From Bacteroidota bacterium (GTDB lineage: Bacteria > Bacteroidota > Bacteroidia > Flavobacteriales_D > Sanyastnellaceae): a stretch of 64,000 bases of DNA. The stretch spans positions 1,500 through 65,499 of the forward strand of contig JBDLUS010000191.1 in assembly GCA_039805165.1 (NCBI GenBank). Direction: 5' to 3'. The number at the start of each line of letters is the position of its first letter. Position 1 is the first letter of the stretch. Both the position numbers and the translations under genes were made by a program. Of this stretch, positions 55,380-64,000 are shown piece by piece. A model generated the notes under the pieces. That model was given only the letters and a program-made list of their open reading frames with translations. It made no database searches and was not told the origin of the DNA.

Positions 55380-57287
55380 ATGATAACAGTAGGGAATTTA
55401 AGTGTGCATTTTGGCTCGAGAGAGCTTTTTTCGAAGATTGGATATTTCATAGGTCCGCGCGAAAGAATTGGGTTAGTGGGTAAGAACGGAGCAGGAAAAT
55501 CTACCATGCTTAAAATTTTGGCAGGAATTCAGAAGCCAACAGAAGGAACAATTTCATTGGCCCGAGGAACTACTGTCGGATATCTTCCACAAGAAATGGT
55601 GCACTCAGAAGACGCTTCCGTATATGAGGAAGCACAAGGTGCTTTCCGTGAATTACAAGTCATGAAGGCTCGTATGGAAGAGCTTGGTGACCTAATAGCG
55701 AATCATTCCGATTACACTTCGGACGATTATGCAAATCTCATCGACGAAATAGAAGCCGTTTCACATCGGTTGTCTTTGCTTGATGTCGGAAGTACTGACG
55801 AGAAAATAGAAAGAGTTTTAAAGGGGTTGGGATTCAGTTCTAAAGATTTGAAGCGCCCTATGCGCGAGTTCAGCGGTGGTTGGAAGATGCGCGTAGAGTT
55901 AGGGAAGTTACTTCTTGAGAATCCGGATTTACTTCTTCTCGATGAACCTACGAATCACTTGGACATCGAAAGTATTGAATGGCTTGAGGAGTTCTTGGTT
56001 GAATACCCAGGTGCGATAGTCTTGATTTCTCACGATAGAACTTTCCTCGATAATGTGACCAAGCGTACCATTGAGATTTCTAAATCGAAGTTGTACGATT
56101 ACAAGTTTTCTTATTCGAAGTACATTGTTCAACGCGAATCAGAGGTAGAGCGTCAAGAAAACGCCGCAAAGAACCAACAGAAATATATTGAGGATACCAA
56201 GAAGTTAATTGATAAGTTCCGTGCGAAAAAGGACAAGGCCGCATTTGCACAAACCTTGATTCGAAAGCTTGATAAACTGGACAAAATTGAGGTTGATGAT
56301 ATTGACGGAACCAAGGTGAGAATTGCTTTTCCGCCTTCTCCGCACGCGGGCAAGGTTATATTAGAAGGATTCGATGTTGGGAAATCATATGGCGATTTGC
56401 ATCTATTCTCAAAAGTGAATTTCCAAATCGCTCGCGGTGAAAAAGTAGCATTAATCGGGAAGAATGGAGTTGGTAAAAGTTCCATGCTTCGAATGATCAT
56501 GAATCAAGAGCCTTATGACGGTGAATTGAAGATTGGTTACAGTGTTGAAGTGGGGTATTACGCCCAAAATCAAAGTGATATTTTAGATGGCGAAAAGACT
56601 GTCTTTCAAACGATAGATGACGAAGCTGTTGGAGAAATTCGCAAAAGTGTTCGTGGATTGTTGGGAGCATTCTTGTTCAGTGGCGATGATATAGATAAGA
56701 AGGTGAAAGTTTTGTCAGGAGGAGAGAAGGCCCGTTTGGCATTTTGTAAATTGCTCCTTCAACCCTACAATTTTTTGGTGCTCGATGAACCTACGAATCA
56801 CTTGGATTTGGCTTCTAAAGAAGTTTTAAAGAATGCCATAGCTAAGTATGATGGAACAGTATTACTCGTTTCACACGACAGGGATTTCTTGGATGGATTA
56901 ACTCAGAAAGTTTTTGAAATACAGGCCGACAGAATGGTCGTATTTCCTGGCGATGTTAAAGAATTCTTGCGAGATAAAAAGGCGACGAGTATCGCACTTT
57001 ACGAAAACGAAAAGGTGGTGAAGCAGCAAGAAAAAGCACAGAAGATAGAACCGGTTTTGGAAGCAAAACCAGCTGTGAAAATTGATAAGACCAAAGAGAA
57101 GGAGATTAAAAAAGTTGAAGGCGATATCGAGAGGAAAGAGACTCAAATGGCTGAATTGGAGACTGAGATGGCAAGTATGGATTACAGTAATCTCGAACTT
57201 GTGAATGCACAGAATACCAAATACGAGCAACTGAAAAAGGAGCTCGAAGGACTTATGGAAAAATGGGAAAATCTTGCCGCGGAATAA
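55380..57287 (+). CDS. ABC-F family ATPase (two ABC cassettes, no TM domain)
   Basis: 635 aa. Walker A motifs are GKNGAGKST and GKNGVGKSS. Signatures are FSGGWKMR and LSGGEKAR. Walker B is LLLLDEPTNHLD and FLVLDEPTNHLD. A C-terminal coiled-coil is present. Confidence 0.92.
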   Translation: MITVGNLSVHFGSRELFSKIGYFIGPRERIGLVGKNGAGKSTMLKILAGIQKPTEGTISLARGTTVGYLPQEMVHSEDASVYEEAQGAFRELQVMKARMEELGDLIANHSDYTSDDYANLIDEIEAVSHRLSLLDVGSTDEKIERVLKGLGFSSKDLKRPMREFSGGWKMRVELGKLLLENPDLLLLDEPTNHLDIESIEWLEEFLVEYPGAIVLISHDRTFLDNVTKRTIEISKSKLYDYKFSYSKYIVQRESEVERQENAAKNQQKYIEDTKKLIDKFRAKKDKAAFAQTLIRKLDKLDKIEVDDIDGTKVRIAFPPSPHAGKVILEGFDVGKSYGDLHLFSKVNFQIARGEKVALIGKNGVGKSSMLRMIMNQEPYDGELKIGYSVEVGYYAQNQSDILDGEKTVFQTIDDEAVGEIRKSVRGLLGAFLFSGDDIDKKVKVLSGGEKARLAFCKLLLQPYNFLVLDEPTNHLDLASKEVLKNAIAKYDGTVLLVSHDRDFLDGLTQKVFEIQADRMVVFPGDVKEFLRDKKATSIALYENEKVVKQQEKAQKIEPVLEAKPAVKIDKTKEKEIKKVEGDIERKETQMAELETEMASMDYSNLELVNAQNTKYEQLKKELEGLMEKWENLAAE

Positions 57288-60200
57288 TTACTTTCCGTGA
57301 CAAGATTTGTATTTCTTACCTGAACCGCATGGGCACGGTTCGTTACGATTGATTTTAGGATCTGCTACAGCAGGAGCAATGCGTTGCTGGGAAACCATCT
57401 CACCGGCTTCTTGTGCTTGACTTGCGTGTTGATTCAGGTTTCCAGAGTCTGCTTTCGTAGTCTGAGTTCGCACAACTTCACGCTGAGGAGCCTGATTTAC
57501 TTGGGTTCCAGATGGAAGTTGGCAAGTCAGTAAGAAGTTTGCAATTTCAGCATTGGTCTTCGTAATCATGGTACGGAACAAATCGAAACTTTCTTTTTTA
57601 TAGATCAATAGAGGATCTTTTTGCTCGTGTGCAGCGAATTGCACATTGCTTCTCAAATCATCCATTGCACGCAAATGCTCTTTCCAGTTTTGGTCAATAA
57701 TGGCAAGCGTAATTCCTTTTTCAAGGGCGCTGATCATTTCTTTTCCTCCTGAAGAATGCGCTTTCTCAAGGTTTACAGCAACTTGAATTCCTTTTAGACC
57801 ATTGTTGAATGGAATAGCAATGTTCTGATAACCTTGTGTATTGGTGCGGTATACATTTTCAATTACAGGGAAGGCTTCTTCTGCCAAACTGTCGATACGA
57901 GAAGTGTATGCCGTAAGGACTGCTTCATATGTTGAGTGAATGACATTCATTTCATTGTCAGAAATGAATTGGTCTTGACTTACAGGAGCTTCAATTCCGA
58001 AATAACGAAGCAATTCAATTTTATATGCATCATAATTTTTTGCGCTGTGCGCATATGATACAGCAGCCTGAGCCAAATCGTACAACATGTTGTCGATATC
58101 AAGTTTCAAGCGTTCTCCGAAAAGCGCATGCCTTCTGCGTTTGTAGATTACTTCACGCTGTGCATTCATTACGTCATCGAATTCCAACAAACGTTTACGA
58201 ATACCGAAGTTGTTCTCTTCTACTTTTTTCTGAGCTCTTTCAATTGAACTCGTAATCATTGAATGTTGAATAACTTCTCCTTCCTTCAGACCAAGTCTAT
58301 CCATCATTTTCGCAATGCGATCACTTCCGAATAAACGCATCAAATCATCTTCTAATGAAACGTAGAAAGATGAAGACCCGGGATCGCCTTGACGTCCAGA
58401 ACGTCCGCGTAACTGACGGTCAACTCGACGAGAATCGTGACGCTCGGTACCAATGATGGCCAAACCACCTGAATCTTTAACACCTTCACCAAGCTTAATG
58501 TCGGTACCACGACCGGCCATATTTGTAGCAATGGTAACAGTACCGGCCTTACCCGCTAACGATACAATTTCTGCTTCTTTTTGGTGGAGTTTCGCGTTCA
58601 GAACTTGATGATCAATGCCTCGTTGACGAAGCATTCTGCTTAATACTTCTGAAACTTCAACGGTTGTTGTACCAACGAGTACAGGTCTTCCAGCTTCACG
58701 TAATTCAGCTATTTCCTCAATAACCGCGTTGTATTTTTCTCTCTTCGTTTTATAGATTTTATCGTCTTGGTCTTTTCTGGAAATAGGACGATGAGTAGGA
58801 ATAATCATAACATCTAACTTGTAGATGTCCCATAATTCACCCGCTTCTGTTTCTGCTGTACCGGTCATACCCGCAAGTTTGTGGTACATGCGGAAGTAGT
58901 TCTGCAAAGTAATCGTAGCATAGGTTTGCGTTGCCGCTTCCACCTTTACATTCTCTTTCGCTTCAATCGCTTGGTGAAGTCCGTCAGAGAATCTGCGACC
59001 TTCCATCATACGTCCGGTTTGCTCGTCAACAATTTTCACCTTGTTGTCCATCACCACGTATTCCTTGTCTCTTTCAAAAAGAGCATAGGCACGAAGGAGT
59101 TGGTTAATTGTATGAATACGTTCACTCTTCACGCTGTAATCGCGCTGAAGTTCTTCCAAAGCACTTACACGCTCGGTGTCGCTTTTTGAAGATTTTTCAA
59201 TCGTTGCAATTTCAGTTCCGATATCTGGAAGGACGAAGAAACGCTCGTCTTCCATGTTTTTCGACATCAATTGAATACCCTTGTCGGTTAATTCAATCTG
59301 ATTGTTTTTTTCATCAATAACGAAGAACAATTCAGCATCTGCTTTAGGCATTTCACGCTGATTGTCTTGAAGGTATTGCCCTTCCGTTTTTAAAAGAACG
59401 GCTTTGATTCCTTCCTCACTTAAAAATTTAATAAGTGCTTTGTTGCGAGGCAATCCGCGGTAAGCGCGAAGGAGTGCAAGTCCACCCTCTTGAAGTTCTT
59501 CTTTGTTTGGATTGCCTGATTCTGGTTGAAGTTTTTTCTTAGCATCCGTTAAGAAATCCGTAACAGCCGCCTTTTGAGCGTTCATTAGAATTTGAATCTT
59601 TGGCTTTAATGCATCGAATTCTTGCTGATCGCCTTTTGAAGTTGGACCTGATATGATAAGCGGTGTTCTCGCTTCATCAATTAAAACAGAATCGACCTCG
59701 TCAATAATAGCAAAGTGATGTTTACGTTGAACCAAATGAGAGGCTTCAACAGCCATATTGTCACGCAAATAGTCGAATCCAAACTCGTTGTTTGTTCCGA
59801 AGGTAATGTGAGCACGGTAGGCATTTCTTCTAGCATCAGAGTTAGGCTGATGCTTGTCAACGCAATCTACGCTTAAGCCATGAAATTCATACAAAGGGCC
59901 CATCCACTCAGAGTCACGACGAGCCAAATAGTCGTTCACAGTTACTACGTGAACCCCTTTGTTTGCAAGGGCATTTAAGAAAACTGGAAGTGTTGCCACT
60001 AATGTTTTTCCTTCACCGGTAGCCATTTCCGCGACTTTACCCGTGTGAAGTGCTATACCGCCGATTAATTGAACGTCGTAATGCACCATGTCCCAGGTGA
60101 ATCTGTTTCCGGCAGCAGACCAATTGTTTTTCCAAATGGCTTTGTCGCCTTCAATGCGCACATAGTCTTTTGAAGTCTGTGTAGCGAATTCCTTATCGCT

Positions 60201-60614
60201 GGCATTGGCTGAAACCGTTATCTCTTCATTGTTTTTGAAGATCTCTGCCGTTCGCTTGATGACCGCAAATGCTTCAGGAAGAATTTCCAAAAGCACTTTT
60301 TCAATTTCTTCGTTAATTACCTTTCTAACCTTATCAACTTCACTATAAATACCTTCTTTTTCCTCTAAGGCATCCAATGGAAGGTCGTCCGCTTTGGCGT
60401 TTAACGCATCAACTTCATCCTCTAAATGTTGAACATGCTTTTGAATGCGAGCCTGCATATCAAGTGACATTCGACGAACGTCGTCAGCACTAGCATTTGA
60501 AATTGATTCGTAGGCAGATTTGGTGGCTTTAAGAAGCGGTTGAATGGCTTCAAGATCCTTCTCTTTTTTATCTCCGATTATTTTCTTCAGAATGGTATTC
60601 AGCGCTCCAAGCAT
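57288..60614 (-). CDS. secA: preprotein translocase ATPase SecA
   Basis: 1108 aa. The Walker A region is MATGEGKTLVATLP and the DEAD-like box is IDEVDSVLIDEARTPLIISG. TNMAGRGTDI is also present. The C-terminal zinc motif is CPCGSGKKYKSCHGK. Confidence 0.97.
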   Translation of the reverse strand: MLGALNTILKKIIGDKKEKDLEAIQPLLKATKSAYESISNASADDVRRMSLDMQARIQKHVQHLEDEVDALNAKADDLPLDALEEKEGIYSEVDKVRKVINEEIEKVLLEILPEAFAVIKRTAEIFKNNEEITVSANASDKEFATQTSKDYVRIEGDKAIWKNNWSAAGNRFTWDMVHYDVQLIGGIALHTGKVAEMATGEGKTLVATLPVFLNALANKGVHVVTVNDYLARRDSEWMGPLYEFHGLSVDCVDKHQPNSDARRNAYRAHITFGTNNEFGFDYLRDNMAVEASHLVQRKHHFAIIDEVDSVLIDEARTPLIISGPTSKGDQQEFDALKPKIQILMNAQKAAVTDFLTDAKKKLQPESGNPNKEELQEGGLALLRAYRGLPRNKALIKFLSEEGIKAVLLKTEGQYLQDNQREMPKADAELFFVIDEKNNQIELTDKGIQLMSKNMEDERFFVLPDIGTEIATIEKSSKSDTERVSALEELQRDYSVKSERIHTINQLLRAYALFERDKEYVVMDNKVKIVDEQTGRMMEGRRFSDGLHQAIEAKENVKVEAATQTYATITLQNYFRMYHKLAGMTGTAETEAGELWDIYKLDVMIIPTHRPISRKDQDDKIYKTKREKYNAVIEEIAELREAGRPVLVGTTTVEVSEVLSRMLRQRGIDHQVLNAKLHQKEAEIVSLAGKAGTVTIATNMAGRGTDIKLGEGVKDSGGLAIIGTERHDSRRVDRQLRGRSGRQGDPGSSSFYVSLEDDLMRLFGSDRIAKMMDRLGLKEGEVIQHSMITSSIERAQKKVEENNFGIRKRLLEFDDVMNAQREVIYKRRRHALFGERLKLDIDNMLYDLAQAAVSYAHSAKNYDAYKIELLRYFGIEAPVSQDQFISDNEMNVIHSTYEAVLTAYTSRIDSLAEEAFPVIENVYRTNTQGYQNIAIPFNNGLKGIQVAVNLEKAHSSGGKEMISALEKGITLAIIDQNWKEHLRAMDDLRSNVQFAAHEQKDPLLIYKKESFDLFRTMITKTNAEIANFLLTCQLPSGTQVNQAPQREVVRTQTTKADSGNLNQHASQAQEAGEMVSQQRIAPAVADPKINRNEPCPCGSGKKYKSCHGK

Positions 60615-60635
60615 AGGTTCATCAATTAATGGTTA

Positions 60636-60643
60636 CAAATGTA
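60636..60643 (-). promoter_or_regulatory. candidate -7 promoter box (TACATTTG) for secA
   Basis: Perfect TAnnTTTG on the minus strand, 21 nt upstream of the ATG at 60614. Confidence 0.4.
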
Positions 60644-60958
60644 ACGCCTTCTTTCCTTTTTTGAGAGTATAAAAAGCAGTCATTCGGCCTTATGTCTTAA
60701 ATAAAAGTGATGCCATAAAATATACCTGAAAATCTGTCACAAAAACAAGAAAAAAAAATTTAAAAGTGCAAATCGCTACGTAGATAAGGGCTTCAGAGAA
60801 ATAAGAATTTAATTGTTAAAAACTAGGCCTTCTTGTTAACTGTTTTAAGTTGCAATTTCACACTTGATAACGAATCTTTGAATTCTCGAATTTCGGGTTT
60901 CGTTTTCACTTAAACGAAATAGAAATTAGATTACCAAAACAACTCAAACAACACACTG

Positions 60959-61939
60959 ATGCAGCACCAAGAACCACTTTTGAAGGAGAATCCAGACAGA
61001 TTTGTACTTTTTCCTATTGTCCATCAGGACATCTGGCAGATGTACAAAACCTCAGAAGCGAGTTTTTGGACAGCTGAAGAAATTGATTTGAGTGTTGACT
61101 TGGTCGATTGGAATACCAAGTTGAACAACGACGAGCGTCATTTTATTAAGCATGTTTTGGCTTTCTTCGCGGCTAGCGATGGAATCGTTAATGAAAATTT
61201 AGCAGAGAACTTCGTTCGTGAAGTTCAATACACTGAAGCTAAATTTTTCTATGGCTTTCAAATTATGATGGAGAACATTCACAGTGAAACTTATTCATTG
61301 TTGATTGACACTTACATCAAGGATACTGCAGATAAGAATTATTTATTCAAAGCAATCGACACATTGGATTGCGTGAAGAAGAAAGCAGAGTGGGCATTGC
61401 GTTGGATTAAAGGTGGAACATTCACCGAGCGCCTTGTAGCTTTTGCTGCGGTTGAAGGTATTTTCTTCTCGGGAAGTTTCTGCAGTATTTTCTGGTTGAA
61501 GAAGCGTGGACTTATGCCAGGTCTAACATTCAGTAATGAGTTGATTAGTCGTGACGAAGGAATGCATTGTGATTTTGCTTGTTTGTTGTACAACAACCAC
61601 ATTCAAAACAAACTTCCGAAAGAACGTGTTCGCGAAATTATTGAGCAAGCTGTTGCCATTGAGCGTGAGTTCATCACCGATGCGCTTCCTGTTCGATTGA
61701 TTGGAATGAACAGCGATTTAATGAGTCAGTACATTGAGTTTGTTGCCGATCGTTTGCTAAACGAGTTGGGTAACGAAAAGATTTATAACAGCACGAATCC
61801 ATTCGACTTCATGGATTTAATAAGTGTGGAAGGTAAAACGAACTTCTTCGAGAAACGCGTTGCGGAGTATCAAAAGGCTGGAGTAAAAGACGGTCCTTCA
61901 GAAGATTCAAGAGCCATTTCATTCTCTGAGGATTTCTAA
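60959..61939 (+). CDS. nrdB: class Ia ribonucleoside-diphosphate reductase beta subunit
   Basis: 326 aa. The di-iron ligand motifs are ENIHSETYS and [22 protein letters not shown] is also present. Confidence 0.95.
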   Translation: MQHQEPLLKENPDRFVLFPIVHQDIWQMYKTSEASFWTAEEIDLSVDLVDWNTKLNNDERHFIKHVLAFFAASDGIVNENLAENFVREVQYTEAKFFYGFQIMMENIHSETYSLLIDTYIKDTADKNYLFKAIDTLDCVKKKAEWALRWIKGGTFTERLVAFAAVEGIFFSGSFCSIFWLKKRGLMPGLTFSNELISRDEGMHCDFACLLYNNHIQNKLPKERVREIIEQAVAIEREFITDALPVRLIGMNSDLMSQYIEFVADRLLNELGNEKIYNSTNPFDFMDLISVEGKTNFFEKRVAEYQKAGVKDGPSEDSRAISFSEDF

Positions 61940-61973
61940 GAAAATTAAGCATTAACGAAAATATAGTACGCAC

Positions 61974-64000
61974 ATGTTTGTAGTAAAAAGAGACGGTAGA
62001 AAAGAGACAGTTAAATTCGATAAGATCACTGCTCGTATTTCGAAATTATGTTACGGATTGAACCCAATCGTAGATCCATTGAAAATTGCCATGAAGGTAA
62101 TTGAAGGGGTTTTCGATGGCGTAACAACGAGCCAATTAGATACGCTTGCTGCTGAAATTGCTGCAACGAATACAACGACACATCCAGACTACGCCCTTCT
62201 TGCATCGCGTATTGCTATTGGAAACTTACATAAGAACACAACGAAATCGTTTTCACAAACGATTACTGATTTGTACAGTTATGTAGATCCGAAAACCGGT
62301 AAAAGTGCTGGTTTGATTGCTGAAGATGTTTATCAAGTTGTGATGGAAAATGCTCCCTTATTGGATAGCACCATCATTTACGACCGCGATTTTCAATTCG
62401 ATTATTTCGGATTTAAGACATTAGAAAAATCATATTTGTTGAAGATGCACGGCAAGGTTGTGGAGCGTCCACAGCACTTGTTCATGCGCGTTGCGGTTGG
62501 AATTCACAAGACAGATTTAGATGAAATTGTGAAGACTTACAACATGATTAGCGAAGGTTGGTTCACGCATGCAACGCCAACACTTTTCAACGCAGGAACA
62601 CCGAAGCCTCAAATGAGTTCTTGCTTCCTTATTCAAATGAAAGATGACAGTATCCCAGGTATTTATGATACTTTGAAGCAAACTGCTTTAATTTCTCAAA
62701 GTGCAGGCGGTATTGGTTTGAGCATTCACAATGTGCGTGCAAAAGGTTCTTACATCCGCGGAACAAACGGAACAAGTAACGGTATTGTGCCAATGCTTCG
62801 TGTATTCAACGATACTGCTCGTTATGTGGATCAGGGAGGTGGAAAGCGTAAAGGTTCTTTCGCTATTTATCTTGAACCATGGCATGCGGATGTTTATGAC
62901 TTTTTGGATTTAAGAAAAAACCACGGTAAAGAAGAAGTTCGTGCGCGTGATTTGTTCTACGCACTTTGGATTCCAGATTTGTTCATGCAACGTGTGAAAG
63001 ACAATGGAACGTGGACATTGATGTGTCCAAACGAATGTCCAGGACTTTCAGATTGTTGGGGAGAAGAGTTTGAGAAATTGTATACCAAATACGAGGCTGA
63101 AGGAAAGGGAAGAGAGACCATTAAAGCACAAGAGCTTTGGTATAAAATTATCGAATCTCAAATTGAAACAGGTAACCCTTACATGTTATACAAAGATGCT
63201 GCGAATCGCAAGAGTAACCAGCAGAACTTGGGAACCATTAAGAGTTCTAACTTGTGTACAGAGATCATCGAATACACTGCACCAGACGAAATTGCAGTTT
63301 GTAATTTAGGTTCAATTGCGTTGCCGAAATTCGTGAAAGACGGAGCGTTTGATCACGATAAATTGTTTGAGGTGACTTACCAATTGACGGTAAACTTGAA
63401 CAAAATCATTGACGGAAACTACTATCCAGTGCCTGAGACTCGCAATTCAAACATGCGTCACCGTCCAATCGGAATCGGTGTTCAAGGATTGGCAGATGCG
63501 TTTATCTTGATGCGTTTCCCATTCGATTCGGAAGAAGCGAAGAAGTTGAACCGTGAAGTTTTTGAAACGATTTACTATGCATCTTGCACAGCGTCGAAAG
63601 ACTTGGCAAGAAGAGACGGTGCATATGAGACCTTCCCAGGATCTCCAGCATCAAAAGGAATTCTTCAATTCGACATGTGGAACGTTACTCCAACAGACCG
63701 TTGGGAATGGAGTGTGTTGAAAGAAGAAATTTCTAAGTATGGCATGCGCAACAGCTTGTTGTTAGCACCAATGCCAACAGCATCTACAGCACAGATCTTA
63801 GGAAACAACGAATGTTTCGAGCCGTATACTACGAACATCTATTCAAGAAGAACGTTAGCGGGTGAGTTCATTGTTGTGAATAAGCACTTATTGAAAGACC
63901 TTGTTAATCTAGGTTTGTGGAACGATGGCTTGAAGAACAAATTAATGTCAACGAGCGGATCCGTTCAAAACATCGATGAGATTCCAGATAACTTGAAAGC
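61974..64000 (+). CDS. nrdA: class Ia ribonucleoside-diphosphate reductase alpha subunit (5' part; continues beyond window end)
   Basis: Absent from the ORF track because there is no stop in the window. My translation from the ATG at 61974 gives [29 protein letters not shown] (ATP-cone). It continues in frame to ...[33 protein letters not shown] at the window edge. Confidence 0.93.
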   Translation, partial: MFVVKRDGRKETVKFDKITARISKLCYGLNPIVDPLKIAMKVIEGVFDGVTTSQLDTLAAEIAATNTTTHPDYALLASRIAIGNLHKNTTKSFSQTITDLYSYVDPKTGKSAGLIAEDVYQVVMENAPLLDSTIIYDRDFQFDYFGFKTLEKSYLLKMHGKVVERPQHLFMRVAVGIHKTDLDEIVKTYNMISEGWFTHATPTLFNAGTPKPQMSSCFLIQMKDDSIPGIYDTLKQTALISQSAGGIGLSIHNVRAKGSYIRGTNGTSNGIVPMLRVFNDTARYVDQGGGKRKGSFAIYLEPWHADVYDFLDLRKNHGKEEVRARDLFYALWIPDLFMQRVKDNGTWTLMCPNECPGLSDCWGEEFEKLYTKYEAEGKGRETIKAQELWYKIIESQIETGNPYMLYKDAANRKSNQQNLGTIKSSNLCTEIIEYTAPDEIAVCNLGSIALPKFVKDGAFDHDKLFEVTYQLTVNLNKIIDGNYYPVPETRNSNMRHRPIGIGVQGLADAFILMRFPFDSEEAKKLNREVFETIYYASCTASKDLARRDGAYETFPGSPASKGILQFDMWNVTPTDRWEWSVLKEEISKYGMRNSLLLAPMPTASTAQILGNNECFEPYTTNIYSRRTLAGEFIVVNKHLLKDLVNLGLWNDGLKNKLMSTSGSVQNIDEIPDNLK

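Noticed and set aside
60615-60958. tRNA, NrdR boxes or a cobalamin riboswitch in the secA-nrdB spacer
   Set aside because: I found no cloverleaf. The GGTTCA at 60616 has no matching acceptor or T stems and overlaps the secA start region. I found no 16-bp acaCwAtATaTwGtgt-type palindromes. The reductase is class Ia, so a B12 element is not expected. The region is kept only as an unexplained long spacer.

Overview
This is a densely packed chromosomal segment from a Bacteroidota genome of Flavobacteriia type. The taxon is inferred from gldK-N, sprA, T9SS sorting domains, TAnnTTTG promoter boxes and short leaders without obvious Shine-Dalgarno sites. I call 49 protein-coding genes. Two are partial at the window edges and are absent from the ORF track because they have no in-window stop. 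I found no rRNA, tRNA, CRISPR array, transposase, integrase or phage gene. Housekeeping genes include cysS, queA, coaX, malic enzyme, ruvA, groES/groEL, secG, miaB, topA, secA and nrdB/nrdA. There is also an envelope-biogenesis operon (coaX, outer-membrane protein, lptC-like, CNNM, PpiD-like). The type IX secretion/gliding machinery is heavily represented. It includes the sprA translocon (24383-31807), a porP/sprF-like gene plus gldK-gldL-gldM-gldN (49406-55317), three cargo proteins with T9SS C-terminal sorting domains, and a glutaminyl-cyclase-like gene fragment at the left edge. I do not see a clear novel defence or mobile system, and most of the window is ordinary core genome. Five modules are the least explained and the most worth following up. 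(1) A 6-kb cluster of four CxxC proteins and two orphan beta-barrels, including a T9SS-exported protein with a canonical WCGPC thioredoxin site. (2) A MacB/FtsX-type ABC transporter whose periplasmic domain carries a 69-residue His/Asp/Glu-rich insertion, followed by a coupled exported protein. (3) A VTC-domain plus multi-pass membrane protein pair immediately downstream of sprA. (4) An arginase-fold protein with substituted metal ligands directly upstream of porP-gldKLMN. (5) Several in-frame tandem repeats and operator-like palindromes. All family assignments come from motif reading by eye and need HMM or BLAST confirmation.
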